DNA from: Macrostomum hystrix | Lineage: Eukaryota > Animalia > Platyhelminthes | NCBI GenBank assembly: GCA_950097015.1 | Contig: CATNEN010000003.1 | Coordinates: forward strand, 4,092,001 to 4,156,000 | Length of the DNA: 64,000 nucleotides | Direction: 5' to 3' | Shown here: positions 38,203 to 50,300 of the stretch, piece after piece | Layout: each line of letters begins with the position of its first letter | Numbering within the stretch: the first letter of the stretch is position 1 | Made by a program: the position numbers and the translations under genes | The notes under the pieces: generated by a model | Told to the model about the DNA's origin: nothing | Databases searched by the model: none | The model's input: the letters and a program-made list of their open reading frames with translations, nothing else

Positions 38203-41200
38203 CTACAAAGCCACCCATTTGACTCGCCACTGCTGATAGCTGTCGCCGGTGGCACAATTACGCAATTGAAGACCAATAGCACCAGCCGATTGTGCGCCAA
38301 GACTGCGTGTATCCAAGCAAAGGCTGGGCGATAGTTTTAAACGAATCGGAGTATCCGGCGGAGTGAAAGAAAACTGCTGCATCGCATTGTTAATGTCGCA
38401 GCGTGAGAATAGTACGCGCGACTCCGACGCAGCCGACATCGCCTGCAGGCACAGATCCGAGGAGGTGATCTGGCCGGAGTCGGAGAACAGCCATTCCTGA
38501 TTGCCGCCGGAACCGTGGCACGGATATAACGCGGGCGCGCTGCCAACTGAAGCCGACAAGCGGTCCAGGCACTTGTCGCCCTGACGGAGTTCGCCTTTTT
38601 TAGTCAATGGCGCGCTTGGCGGCTTCAAATCCGGATAGACATTGTCCAGGTACCATTTGAATGGGCGACAGTTTAGACGCTGCCGAAGGGCTTTGCGCTC
38701 CGACACATCGCCAGCCTGAATGTAGCGAGCCCCGCTCGAGGCCTGGGGTTAGAAATGATGCAATTTTAATAAGATCTCGCGGCGAAAAAAATGCTATTTT
38801 AATTACCAATGAGAAATCTATGGGAGAATTTCCTCGATAAGTTTTGAAAATACTTCCAGCTGATTAGGGAGATTTATCCCAATAACTTCGGGAATCCAAT
38901 GAGATTTTATGGGAGAATTCCTTCAATAAGGTTTGAAAATCCTTCCGGCTGATTTGGGAGAATTCTCCCACTAGCATAGGAGAAATCCCAAGCACGAGCA
39001 TTGTGACCTGGTTTAATTAGTTGCACACCTGAAAGTAGAACTGTTTGTACTCGTCAAGCCAAACCTCGGCGGCGCGCCTAGTATTCCTGGTAAAGACCAC
39101 CCCGGATCCGCCTGGAAACGAGTACGGATGCTGCCTGCGGAATACGTGGCCAACCCGACTGCACGGTACAATCTCCAGTGTGCAGTGGCACTGCCAGACT
39201 CGCAACGAGAATTCTAGATTCTCGGCGCCCCAGACGTCCATCTTAGTGTCGTACTGGCCAAGCTCGTTGAACAAATTGCGTTCGATGCTAAACAGACCGC
39301 CGGCAATCATCGGAGACTTGATTGGCGCAGTCGGATCGCGGGCTCGCAAAGCCAGCTCTTTCGGATTCAAATTGTCCCATTTAAAAACCAGATTCCAACC
39401 GAAGCCGCCTTTCAGATTTGCGGACGCGGCGATGTATTCGAAATTGTCCATGCCGATGACATCAATGATTGGCGACACGACGGCCTTTCTATCCGCTTTG
39501 ATGCGGCTTAGCAGGGGCTGCAGCCAGTCCCGGTTGCATTCGCAATGGCTGTCTAAAAATGTCAACACGTGGCCGCTGGCAGCGTTAGCGCCGCGAATGC
39601 GCGAACGCATAAGGCCCTCTCGACGTTCGTTGCGCAATAGGCGAACCTGAGGCGATGAAGGATCAGGGGGGGTGATAACTGACGCACTGAAGGATCAGGG
39701 GTGGGTGATAACTGACGCCCTGAAGGATCAGAGGTGGGTGATAACTGACGCACTGAAGGATCAGAGGTTGGTGATGACTGACGCACTGAAGGATCAGGGG
39801 TTGGTGATGACTGACGCACTGAAGGATCAGAGGTTGGTGATGACTGACGCACTGAAGGATCAGGGGTTGGTGATGACTGACGCACTGAAGGATCAGTGGG
39901 GGGATAACTGACGCACTGAAGGATCAGAGGTTGGTGAAGACATACGCACTGAAGGATCAGGGGTGGGTGATAACTGACGCACTGATGGATCATAGGTGGG
40001 TGATGACTGACGCACTGAAGGATCAGGGGTGGGTGATGACTGACGCACTGAAGGATCAGAGGTTGGTGATGACTGATGCACAGAAGGATCAGGGGTTGGT
40101 GATGACTGACGCACTGAAGGATCACAGGTTGGTGATGACTGACGCACTGAAGGATCAGAGGTTGGTGATGACTGATGCACTGAAGGATCAGAGGTGGGTG
40201 ATGACTGATGCACTGAAGGATCAGAGGTGGGTGATGACTGACGCACTGAAGGATCAGAGTTTGGTGATGACTGATGCACAGAAGGATCAGGGGTGGGTGA
40301 TAACTGACGCACTGAAGGATCAGGGGTGGGTGATAACTGAGGCACTGAAGGATCAGGGGTGGGTGATAACTGACGCACTGAAGGATCAGGGGTGGGTGAT
40401 AACTGACGCACTGAAGGATCAGAGGTGGGTGATGACTGACGCACTGAAGGATCAGAGTTTGGTGATGACTGATGCACAGAAGGATCAGGGGTGGGTGATA
40501 ACTGACGCACTGAAGGATCAGGGGTGGGTGATAACTGAGGCACTGAAGGATCAGGGGTGAATATCGCAATGGCTACCTTCTGAATACGAGTGAGCAGTAG
40601 TCCGGTATGCTCATCGGTGCTGAAGTCGTCCACTAGGATGATCTCGCGCACCAGGTTATAGGGCGACATGCGGAATACGCTAAGCACGGTGCGCACCAGA
40701 GTCGATCGGGCCTCGTTGTGAAACGTGATCACAACGCTAGTGTCGGGTAGGTCGTTGGAGTTGTAGCTAAGCGAGCGGCACTGGGTCTCGCGCGTGTCAA
40801 GCACGTCTCGCACAGCTGGCAGACTGTCGCTAACCTGCTGGTTAAACTTGTTCTTGGCGTATTTGTCTTCGCCAGGGTGCCACGCGCCACCCTCGACGTA
40901 GGACTTCGAGTCGAATTCGTTCCACATCACCTGGCAACACATATTAAAAGGGATCTGAGTGCAAAAAATGAATGAAGGGATTGGGATAACAGCTGATTTA
41001 CTTAAGGGATTGGAATAACAGCTGATTTACTAAAGGGATTGGGATAACAGCAGATTTAATAAATGGATTGGGATAACAGCTGATTTACTTAAGGGATTGG
41101 AATAACAGCTGATTTACTTAAGGGACTGAAGCGATACTGAGCTGCTTGGAATGTTGTAGTTAGGCTACGCGTGTTGAAACGAGGTTGAAACTAACGGCAG

Positions 41201-41657
41201 CCCGCCTGCTGCTGTTGTCTATGGTCGAATTCCATAGATATGCACAGTGGGCGGGCCGTGAAACGCGTTTTAGGCCCGCTAACTCTTCTATATACTAAAG
41301 TTGGTACCTTTGTATGTATAATCTTCATAGTTTGATAGTGGTATATATTGGTATATTTCAAAGTGACAAAGGTCTTACCTGCCGATTATTCAGTTGCCTA
41401 GCAGTAACGGTAGCTTTCTCACTAGCTGGGTGATCTGCAACAATACTATTCACACCTGGTGGTTGGTGCTGTGACTGCTCATTATTGTTATCCTTGTCTT
41501 TCTGTCCTAATTTTTTGAAATTATTGTCGATACCCGAATCAGCGTCATGAACTAAATTGGTGTCAGTTGTGTTTAAATAATAAAAGTACATCATTGACGC
41601 GCACAGCCAAAATAGGAAGAAGCCAAGCATCCAACGTCGACATGACCGACGAAACAT
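38203..41657 (-). CDS. GALNT2: Polypeptide N-acetylgalactosaminyltransferase 2-like, 4 exons (41657-41379, 40930-40577, 39646-39029, 38742-38203), about 596 aa
   Basis: N-terminal [60 protein letters not shown], and a ricin lectin domain with QxW. Phase-0 joins. Confidence 0.93.
39656..40560. repeat. 33-bp minisatellite (about 27 copies) filling GALNT2 intron 2
   Basis: Unit GATCAGRGGTKGGTGATRACTGACGCACTGAAG. Confidence 0.96.
40975..41126. repeat. About 29-bp tandem repeat, 5 copies, in GALNT2 intron 1
   Basis: GGGATTGGRATAACAGCTGATTTACTTAA. Confidence 0.85.
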
Positions 41658-42209
41658 GCTTTAATTGTGCCTGTCTTATTTGGCTTATTAACTCAGCGAA
41701 TTGAGTTCAATTAAGTCTTCATTATTTTAAATAAAATTACTGCCTTACTACCTGACTACCTTTTTCAACAAGTGCGCTGAAAATGGATAAGTGGTACTAA
41801 ATTAGTTTACCGCGATATTATATAACCAATTTTGCATGCAACTATCTGATAGACGAGAAAGCATAGTGCAGAAAGCTACTTTTAGATAGTGTTTGGTTTG
41901 TACTACTTACAGATGGTTTTTATACATTTGAGCATTCTGTTAAATATTTTTTAGCTCCACTCAAAGTCATCAGATCTATAGGATGCTTAACAAAGATGCC
42001 ACTTTTAGAACTAAGTTTTTTCAGACAGAAATGCTTTTATACAGAAATCAGAAAAGTATTATTATTTTGCACTAATAATGACCTATTGACTATAGAAGCA
42101 AATGAAAGCTTTATTAAAACATCTTAATTTTGTTAAAAAAAAATTTGAATATTAACATTTTTATAAAATGTCAACCTTAATGATGATTATTTTTGAGACA
42201 TTAAGCATA

Positions 42210-43182
42210 CTGGGTGGCCTATGCCTTTAAGGACAACCTTAAAAATAGAAGAAAGCAAAGCCAGCGGTAGCTAGAGCATAATAGTTTTGGTCATAGACAA
42301 AATAGTATCTATATAGTCTGTAGCTGCCGCGAAAATTTTTGGCAACTTAGCATTAGCCATGAATCGCGCTAAACGTTTGATGGTGGTAGACCAGCTCGCG
42401 CGGGGTATAAGCCCAGCACAGATAGCAGAGAACCTCAATGTTGCAAGGTCGTTTGTTTACGCCGTCAAGAGCGACATTGAAGAAGTTGGAGCTGCTGCGG
42501 CAGTTGAAAGGAGACTCCAGCTCTGCTGCGGAGGAACACCGCTTCATGCCTCGCCAGCAACATGCCAAAGGTGCCATGTTTCTCGGTGTCGTGGCTTCGG
42601 ACGGCAGGGTGGCTCCCCTGATCTGGGTACCAGCTGGAGTGAAAATCAACTCAGCCGAGTACATCCGCATGCTGCAGGATCATGTACTGCCATGGATTCG
42701 ACACAACTTTGCCCCAGGTACGTTTGTTTTTCAGCAGGACAGCGCTCCTGCCCACACGGCTGTCGCTACTCAAGAATTTCTTCGCCGGGAGCTCGGCGAG
42801 GACTTCTGGGATGCGACCACTTGGCCACCATCGAGTCCAGACTGTTCCCCTCTCGATTACTTTGTGTGGAACAATGTGGCCCGCGTTGCATGTTTAACAA
42901 CTTATGCTACCGTGGAGACTCTCAAAGTTGCTGTTAGTGCTGCCTGGTCAGCTCAGGGCCCTGCCGTCATCAGAGGTGCCTGTACCAAGTTTCGGTCTCG
43001 CATTGAAGCCGTGTATGCAGCGGAGGGGGGCTACATTGAGTAAATGTTATTTTTAGTTGCCATCTAGACATTATGGCGGTCAGTTAAAATGTTAAAGTTT
43101 TCGTTTGTTGGTTGTTTTTATATTAAAAATGTATATACATTTGATTATTTTTAAGTTGTCCTTAAACGCATGGGCCACCCGG
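42210..43182 (+). mobile_element. Internally deleted Tc1/mariner transposon, maT(DD37D)-like
   Basis: About 37-bp TIRs C(T/C)GGGTGGCCYATGCSTTTAAGGACAAC with TA TSDs at 42208-42209 and 43183-43184. The HTH N-terminus (42359) is frameshift-joined to the catalytic part FQQDSAPAH...WPPSSPDCSPLDY; the first catalytic Asp is missing. Confidence 0.9.
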
Positions 43183-46100
43183 TATATCTGAACTATTAGT
43201 CTATGAGCAATCCTTTGTTCTCTTATCTTCAGCCTTATTCAGGCACATGCCACATAATAGTAATACCCACCTCAATCTAGGCCAATTACCATAAGTCATA
43301 ATGATAACAGTTGTAGCCTATGTCAAAAGCATCCCAAAATAGATTTGTGCATAAAAAATATACATATATTGTCCTAGGCCTAGCTTATATCAATTGATAA
43401 TTAATTTATAAACTTTCTTTGTTTGGTTATAAATATAATTTGTTCCAAACTATAAGGCCTACTTGAACACACATTGTAGTGCAAAAGGCATAGGCTAAAA
43501 AACTTTCATAATAGTTTCATGTTCATACTTTAATTTATTTTCATTCTAGTTGTAAGTGGGATGTCAACCAGTCATTTTGTCTGTTGCCAGTTTGTCTGCT
43601 CAGCCAACAAAAGGAAAATCAATTGGTATGTTAGCCAATAGTATTGAAGTGGCACCTATGGGCTATGTCGCAGTTATTTACTGGCTATAGAGGCAAAATT
43701 CTGCACCAAAAAAGTAGAATAGGGGCCTAGCATACAAAGTTCTGCATAGGCCTACAGAACATAGAACATGCACGCTTGAGATACTTAAGAAAATCTAAAG
43801 GGTTAAGCTTGTTGGCTAAATAGTGTAATGAAGGCAATGTTCTACTTCCGATCGTTATATTATTTTTTCGCTTGAATTTGTGGTGCCACACATACATTTG
43901 TAATGTATCTGCCTATCTATTTTAAATATATGAGCACTTTTATATTTTATTCGTGTTTGTTTTTGGCTATAAGATTTATTCAGAATATTTGTATATTACT
44001 GTACATTTCACTATGCACTTATTATTTATTGCTGGCAAATACGTGTACATTTATTGATACCGTTTGTTTTAATGAAAAAAACTTTATTATAATAAATCGA
44101 TCAGTAAGGCGTAAGGGTTCGCGCGCTGATTCAGCACTCTAGTTGATTATCGTTCAAATCGCTGCCTGCCATTTCACTTTTCATTACACATTCTGAGTTT
44201 GAAAAAGTTGTGCTGACGTGGCTATGCCGTGATTACCACAGTCAGGAAGGTAAATTCTACGCAAAACTGCGGCGCACACAAATGAATTTTCTGGCGCACA
44301 CGGCGCACACATGAATGCAATCGGTTCCCCGACAGACATTTCCCGAAAGATATTTTTCACTTTAAGCGAAAATTAAAACAAAAACACGAACTCTCGAACC
44401 AGAGTGTATGTCCGACTCTGACGCCGAGCTTTTTTTTTAAATGTGCGGGACGAATATAGTTTCGTCAATGATTTGCTACTGAAGAAACTTTTAAAGTGTG
44501 CTCTGACGGCTTTTTCAGATGCGTCTTATAATCCTATTTCTGCCTCAACTAAAGGCATGGGTCAATTATTTCACCAGATACTGCTACAAACTGCTTGACG
44601 CATGTCCCTGCTACACAATGACACCTCAGACACAAATTAGTCAAGTATTCTGATCATTTAAAGTGTGCTTTCTCTGCTTCTTTGCGGCTTTCGTCATACC
44701 ATTGACATTAAACAAATGAGTGCTGTGGCGGTGACACATCTTGACGCATGTCCCACGCTACCTTAGTAAAATACATATGTTCAAGTACCAATTTGTAAAG
44801 TACCTTTTTTCTAAACCCCTAAGAAATGAGTGCTTATAGGTATGTATATAGTGAAAAGTTTGTGCCTTAATAACTTGCCGGAGCCGTGTTTTCAGCTTTG
44901 GTATTTGTTGTCGCAATTTCCCTATGTGACTATACGTACATCACATGTATCGCATGCTTTGAATGCCTTGAATGTACATTTGCGGCAGACTGTCAAACTG
45001 AAGCTATAATTTTCTGCATAAGTAGTGCTTGCAAAAGTACATGTACGTCATGTGTAGGTTCGGTTGCAAACCTCCCAAACCTTCCTGACCATGGGCCGTG
45101 AATTTATACTTGGATCTATGTCTATGGCAAATATCTGGCAAATCCGGCAAATATGGGGGAACAGGAAGCTAAAGCACAGAAATTCTGTAGCTGAAGATTT
45201 TGCAAGACCTTGCATTCAAAAAAACAATTATTTGCCTTAACTATGGCTGGAAAACATGCAGACGAATAGCTTTTGGTGCCTAGCTCCTCTACTGAATTAG
45301 GCACTATTACCCGGTTTGAAAGAAGAAAGACTGACCAAGACTTTTCAGAACTGTCTGACCAAACTACTGACTTTTTGTTACCGTCAAACTTGTTTTTTCT
45401 CACTATCTGTCGTTTGCAAACAAAAAATATATAACGAATGGAAATAGAATATTGTCGTACTGAATTATGACATAGCAGATCAGATATGCATATTTTAAAT
45501 AAAGGTCTTCCCATCATGATTGGCTAGGAACTTTGTCTGGGGCAGACAAACAGTTTGCAACTCGAAAACCAGTTTGTCTGTTGAATAGACTTACAGACAA
45601 ACTAGCTGTCAGACTAAATGACAGGAAACCAGCAAATGATTGAAGCCACATTAGGACTACCTGTTTAATCATTTACTTTTCTGTACTCACATCACACTAG
45701 GGGTTTTAATTGGGAACTTTGCTTTGGGTGGGATAGGCCTATTCTATTAGTTGGGAAAAATATAATATGTATTATAAGAAGTTTAATACACTTGAGTGAA
45801 TAACAAATAGGATAAAACTTCAATAGTGGCCTCGGACCAATTAAAGAATAATCCGTTTTATTATTGGGAGGTTCTTACCATAGGCATATGGCCCATTGCG
45901 TCACGAGAAACCCAGATTCCCGAATATATGGCATACAGGCATACAGGCACAATGAGTCCATGACGTTGATAATAGTCCTCCCTAACGGTATAATATCAGC
46001 AACACCTTGATTTAAAGACTTGGGGACCTGAGAATTTCGTAGTCGGTCCAAATTCCCATTTTAAGATAAAGCCTATATCACAAATCTAGACACAAAGGGA

Positions 46101-46727
46101 GAGATATACTACTTTTCAGGAACTCTGAATAAACTATTAATTTTCATACTTAGTTCCGTCGAAAATTTGGATACATTTAAAATCTTTACTAAAAACGACG
46201 ACATCAAAAACAAAAACTAAAACTAAACTGAAATAAAATCTAACTGCATTACTTAGTGATCATGTCTTCATAAATTTTGCAAAAGTAATTTAAGAATTAA
46301 TTCTTTTTTTTAATAAAACGTATACAATTTAAAGCAAAAAAGCCCAAAACTTAAAACCCTTCGAGATGACATTCAATTAGCCTAGCGGTAATCTTTACAA
46401 TAATCTAACCTTTTACCATTAATTGCTCATCAACCTAACACTTTGTTTTTACGAGCGTAGTTTCTTTATAGTGACAATTTCATTTATAAACTTACTTTTT
46501 CATATGATGTTTCTAGTTATAACCTCCAAAACGTGCAGTTTCATATATATGCTATTTCTTGTTATCCAATCATCTCAATATTTCAGGCATCCAGCTGCCA
46601 TAAAATGTTTTTTAGCTAAATAACGAATGGCTATTGTATCGACAAAAATATAGGTTTTAATCTAGTTTCAGAAAATCGAACTAGAAGAAATCATGCTTCT
46701 TTATTGGCGTTTACTAAAAAATACGAA

Positions 46728-49700
46728 TTAATTGCGGTTCTCCAGCCACTCCAGGACCTTGATCAGCAGATCCTTGACGAGTCCGGAAGCCTCCTGCAGC
46801 AGCTTCTTGGCCAGCTGGATGGCGGCCTGCTTTCCGTGCTCAGCCAGCTCCTTCAGGATGGCCTTGACCTGGTCGATGTTGATGCCGATGATGTCAAGGA
46901 TGTAGGCGTCGTCGTTGCGGTTCTCCAGCCACTCGAGGACCTTGATCAGCAGATCCTTGACGAGTCCGGAAGCCTCCTGCAGCAGCTTCTTGGCCAGCTC
47001 GATGGCGGCCTGCTTTCCGTGCTCAGCCAGCTCCTTCAGGATGGCCTTGACCTGCTCGATGTTGATGCCGATGATGTCAAGGATGTAGGCGTCGTCGTTG
47101 CGGTTCTCCAGCCACTCCAGGACCTTGATCAGCAGATCCTTGACGAGTCCGGAAGCCTCCTGCAGCAGCTTCTTGGCCAGCTGGATGGCGGCCTGCTTTC
47201 CGTGCTCAGCCAGCTCCTTCAGGATGGCCTTGACCTGGTCGATGTTGATGCCGATGATGTCCAGGATGTAGGCGTCGTCGTTGCGGTTCTCCAGCCACTC
47301 GAGGACCTTGATCAGCAGATCCTTGACGAGTCCGGAAGCCTCCTGAATCAGCTTCTTGGCCAGCTGGATGGCGGCCTGCTTTCCGTGCTCAGCCAGCTCC
47401 TTCAGGATGGCCTTGACCTGGTCGATGTTGATGCCGATGATGTCAAGGATGTAGGCGTCGTCGTTGCGGTTCTCCAACCACTCCAGGACCTTGATCAGCA
47501 GATCCTTGACGAGTCCGGAAGCCTCCTGCAGCAGCTTCTTGGCCAGCTCGATGGCGGCCTGCTTTCCGTGCTCAGCCAGCTCCTTCAGGATGGCCTTGAC
47601 CTGGTCGATGTTGATGCCGATGATGTCCAGGATGTAGGCGTCGTCGTTGCGGTTCTCCAGCCACTCGAGGACCTTGATCAGCAGATCCTTGACGAGTCCG
47701 GAAGCCTCCTGCAGCAGCTTCTTGGCCAGCTCGATGGCAGCCTGCTTTCCGTGCTCAGCCAGCTCCTTCAGGATGGCCTTGACCTGGTCGATGTTGATGC
47801 CGATGATGTCCAGGATGTAGGCGTCGTCGTTGCGGTTCTCCAGCCACTCGAGGACCTTGATCAGCAGATCCTTGACGAGTCCGGAAGCCTCCTGCAGCAG
47901 CTTCTTGGCCAGCTGGATGGCGGCCTGCTTTCCGTGCTCAGCCAGCTCCTTCAGGATGGCCTTGACCTGGTCGATGTTGATGCCGATGATGTCAAGGATG
48001 TAGGCGTCATCGTTGCGGTTCTCCAACCACTCCAGGACCTTGATCAGCAGATCCTTGACGAGTCCGGAAGCCTCCTGCAGCAGCTTCTTGGCCAGCTGGA
48101 TGGCGGCCTGCTTTCCGTGCTCAGCCAGCTCCTTCAGGATGGCCTTGACCTGCTCGATGTTGATGCCGATGATGTCCAGAATGAAGGCAGACCTCTGGCG
48201 CTCGAGCATCTCGAGGACCTTGATGAGGATGTCCTTCAGGGCACCGCTGGCGTGCTCGAGGAACTTCTTGGCCAGCTCGATGGCAGCGTTCAGACCGTGC
48301 TGGGCCAGCTCCTTCAGGATGGCCTTGACTTCCTCGATGTTGATGCCGATCAGGTCCAGGATGAAAGTGCTCTTGTGAATACCTAGCTTGCCTTCGATTT
48401 CCAGAATGATGATCTTCTCCATCAGGCGCAGAAGCATGTCCTTCATGATTCCTTGGGCGCCATCCATCAGTTCCTGGATCAATTTCTTAGCGGCTTCGGT
48501 TCCCTGCTCCTTCAGAGTCTCCATAACACGATCAATGATTGACTGCTCATCGAAAGGCTGAACAGATAAGTTGCGGTTCTCCAGCCACTCCAGGACCTTG
48601 ATCAGCAGATCCTTGACGAGTCCGGAAGCCTCCTGCAGCAGCTTCTTGGCCAGCTGGATGGCGGCCTGCTTTCCGTGCTCAGCCAGCTCCTTCAGGATGG
48701 CCTTGACCTGGTCGATGTTGATGCCGATGATGTCAAGGATGTAGGCGTCGTCGTTGCGGTTCTCCAGCCACTCGAGGACCTTGATCAGCAGATCTTTGAC
48801 GAGTCCGGAAGCCTCCTGCAGCAGCTTCTTGGCCAGCTCGATGGCGGCCTGCTTTCCGTGCTCAGCCAGCTCCTTCAGGATGGCCTTGACCTGCTCGATG
48901 TTGATGCCGATGATGTCCAGAATGAAGGCAGACCTCTGGCGCTCGAGCATCTCGAGGACCTTGATGAGGATGTCCTTCAGGGCACCGCTGGCGTGCTCGA
49001 GGAACTTCTTGGCCAGCTCGATGGCAGCGTTCAGACCGTGCTGGGCCAGCTCCTTCAGGATGGCCTTGACCTCCTCGATGTTGATGCCGATCAGGTCCAG
49101 GATGAAGGCGTCGTCGTTGCGGTTCTCCAGCCACTCCAGGACCTTGATCAGCAGATCCTTGACGAGTCCGGAAGCCTCCTGCAGCAGCTTCTTGGCCAGC
49201 TGGATGGCGGCCTGCTTTCCGTGCTCAGCCAGCTCCTTCAGGATGGCCTTGACCTGGTCGATGTTGATGCCGATGATGTCAAGGATGTAGGCGTCGTCGT
49301 TGCGGTTCTCCAGCCACTCGAGGACCTTGATCAGCAGATCTTTGACGAGTCCGGAAGCCTCCTGCAGCAGCTTCTTGGCCAGCTCGATGGCGGCCTGCTT
49401 TCCGTGCTCAGCCAGCTCCTTCAGGATGGCCTTGACCTGCTCGATGTTGATGCCGATGATGTCCAGAATGAAGGCAGACCTCTGGCGCTCGAGCATCTCG
49501 AGGACCTTGATGAGGATGTCCTTCAGGGCACCGCTGGCGTGCTCGAGGAACTTCTTGGCCAGCTCGATGGCAGCGTTCAGACCGTGCTGGGCCAGCTCCT
49601 TCAGGATGGCCTTGACCTCCTCGATGTTGATGCCGATCAGGTCCAGGATGAAGGCGTCGTCGTTGCGGTTCTCCAGCCACTCCAGGACCTTGATCAGAAG

Positions 49701-50300
49701 ATCCTTGACGAGTCCGGAAGCCTCCTGCAGCAGCTTCTTGGCCAGCTGGATGGCGGCCTGCTTTCCGTGCTCAGCCAGCTCCTTCAGGATGGCCTTGACC
49801 TGGTCGATGTTGATGCCGATGATGTCCAGGATGTAGGCGTCGTCGTTGCGGTTCTCCAGCCACTCCAGGACCTTGATCAGAAGATCCTTGACGAGTCCGG
49901 AAGCCTCCTGCAGCAGCTTCTTGGCCAGCTCGATGGCAGCCTGCTTTCCGTGCTCAGCCAGCTCCTTCAGGATGGCCTTGACCTGCTCGATGTTGATGCC
50001 GATGATGTCCAGAATGAAGGCAGACCTCTGGCGCTCGAGCATCTCGAGGACCTTGATGAGGATGTCCTTCAGGGCACCGCTGGCGTGCTCGAGGAACTTC
50101 TTGGCCAGCTCGATGGCAGCGTTCAGACCGTGCTGGGCCAGCTCCTTCAGGATGGCCTTGACCTCCTCGATGTTGATGCCGATCAGGTCCAGGATGTAAG
50201 CATCCTCCTGAAGTTCAGCATTGCCGGCCCCCTGAAGAGGAGCGGCCTGGGCGAAGGCGAATGCCAAAGAGGCAAGTCCTAGTAGAATCCAGAGCTTCAT
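46728..50300 (-). CDS. Secreted 1190-aa tandem-repeat alpha-helical polyprotein of unknown family (signal peptide + 19 units of about 60 aa)
   Basis: Intronless ORF with signal peptide MKLWILLGLASLAFAFAQA and strong C/G-ending codon bias. Synonymous differences occur between units. TATA-like ATAAATA lies about 50 nt upstream of the ATG and AATAAA at 46700-46705 after the stop. Confidence 0.9.
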   Translation of the reverse strand: MKLWILLGLASLAFAFAQAAPLQGAGNAELQEDAYILDLIGINIEEVKAILKELAQHGLNAAIELAKKFLEHASGALKDILIKVLEMLERQRSAFILDIIGINIEQVKAILKELAEHGKQAAIELAKKLLQEASGLVKDLLIKVLEWLENRNDDAYILDIIGINIDQVKAILKELAEHGKQAAIQLAKKLLQEASGLVKDLLIKVLEWLENRNDDAFILDLIGINIEEVKAILKELAQHGLNAAIELAKKFLEHASGALKDILIKVLEMLERQRSAFILDIIGINIEQVKAILKELAEHGKQAAIELAKKLLQEASGLVKDLLIKVLEWLENRNDDAYILDIIGINIDQVKAILKELAEHGKQAAIQLAKKLLQEASGLVKDLLIKVLEWLENRNDDAFILDLIGINIEEVKAILKELAQHGLNAAIELAKKFLEHASGALKDILIKVLEMLERQRSAFILDIIGINIEQVKAILKELAEHGKQAAIELAKKLLQEASGLVKDLLIKVLEWLENRNDDAYILDIIGINIDQVKAILKELAEHGKQAAIQLAKKLLQEASGLVKDLLIKVLEWLENRNLSVQPFDEQSIIDRVMETLKEQGTEAAKKLIQELMDGAQGIMKDMLLRLMEKIIILEIEGKLGIHKSTFILDLIGINIEEVKAILKELAQHGLNAAIELAKKFLEHASGALKDILIKVLEMLERQRSAFILDIIGINIEQVKAILKELAEHGKQAAIQLAKKLLQEASGLVKDLLIKVLEWLENRNDDAYILDIIGINIDQVKAILKELAEHGKQAAIQLAKKLLQEASGLVKDLLIKVLEWLENRNDDAYILDIIGINIDQVKAILKELAEHGKQAAIELAKKLLQEASGLVKDLLIKVLEWLENRNDDAYILDIIGINIDQVKAILKELAEHGKQAAIELAKKLLQEASGLVKDLLIKVLEWLENRNDDAYILDIIGINIDQVKAILKELAEHGKQAAIQLAKKLIQEASGLVKDLLIKVLEWLENRNDDAYILDIIGINIDQVKAILKELAEHGKQAAIQLAKKLLQEASGLVKDLLIKVLEWLENRNDDAYILDIIGINIEQVKAILKELAEHGKQAAIELAKKLLQEASGLVKDLLIKVLEWLENRNDDAYILDIIGINIDQVKAILKELAEHGKQAAIQLAKKLLQEASGLVKDLLIKVLEWLENRN

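Noticed and set aside
46704-50282. Long antisense ORFs (560 and 535 aa) opposite the polyprotein
   Set aside because: Explained by the sense gene avoiding TTA/CTA/TCA codons. They break in the divergent unit and lack a plausible start.
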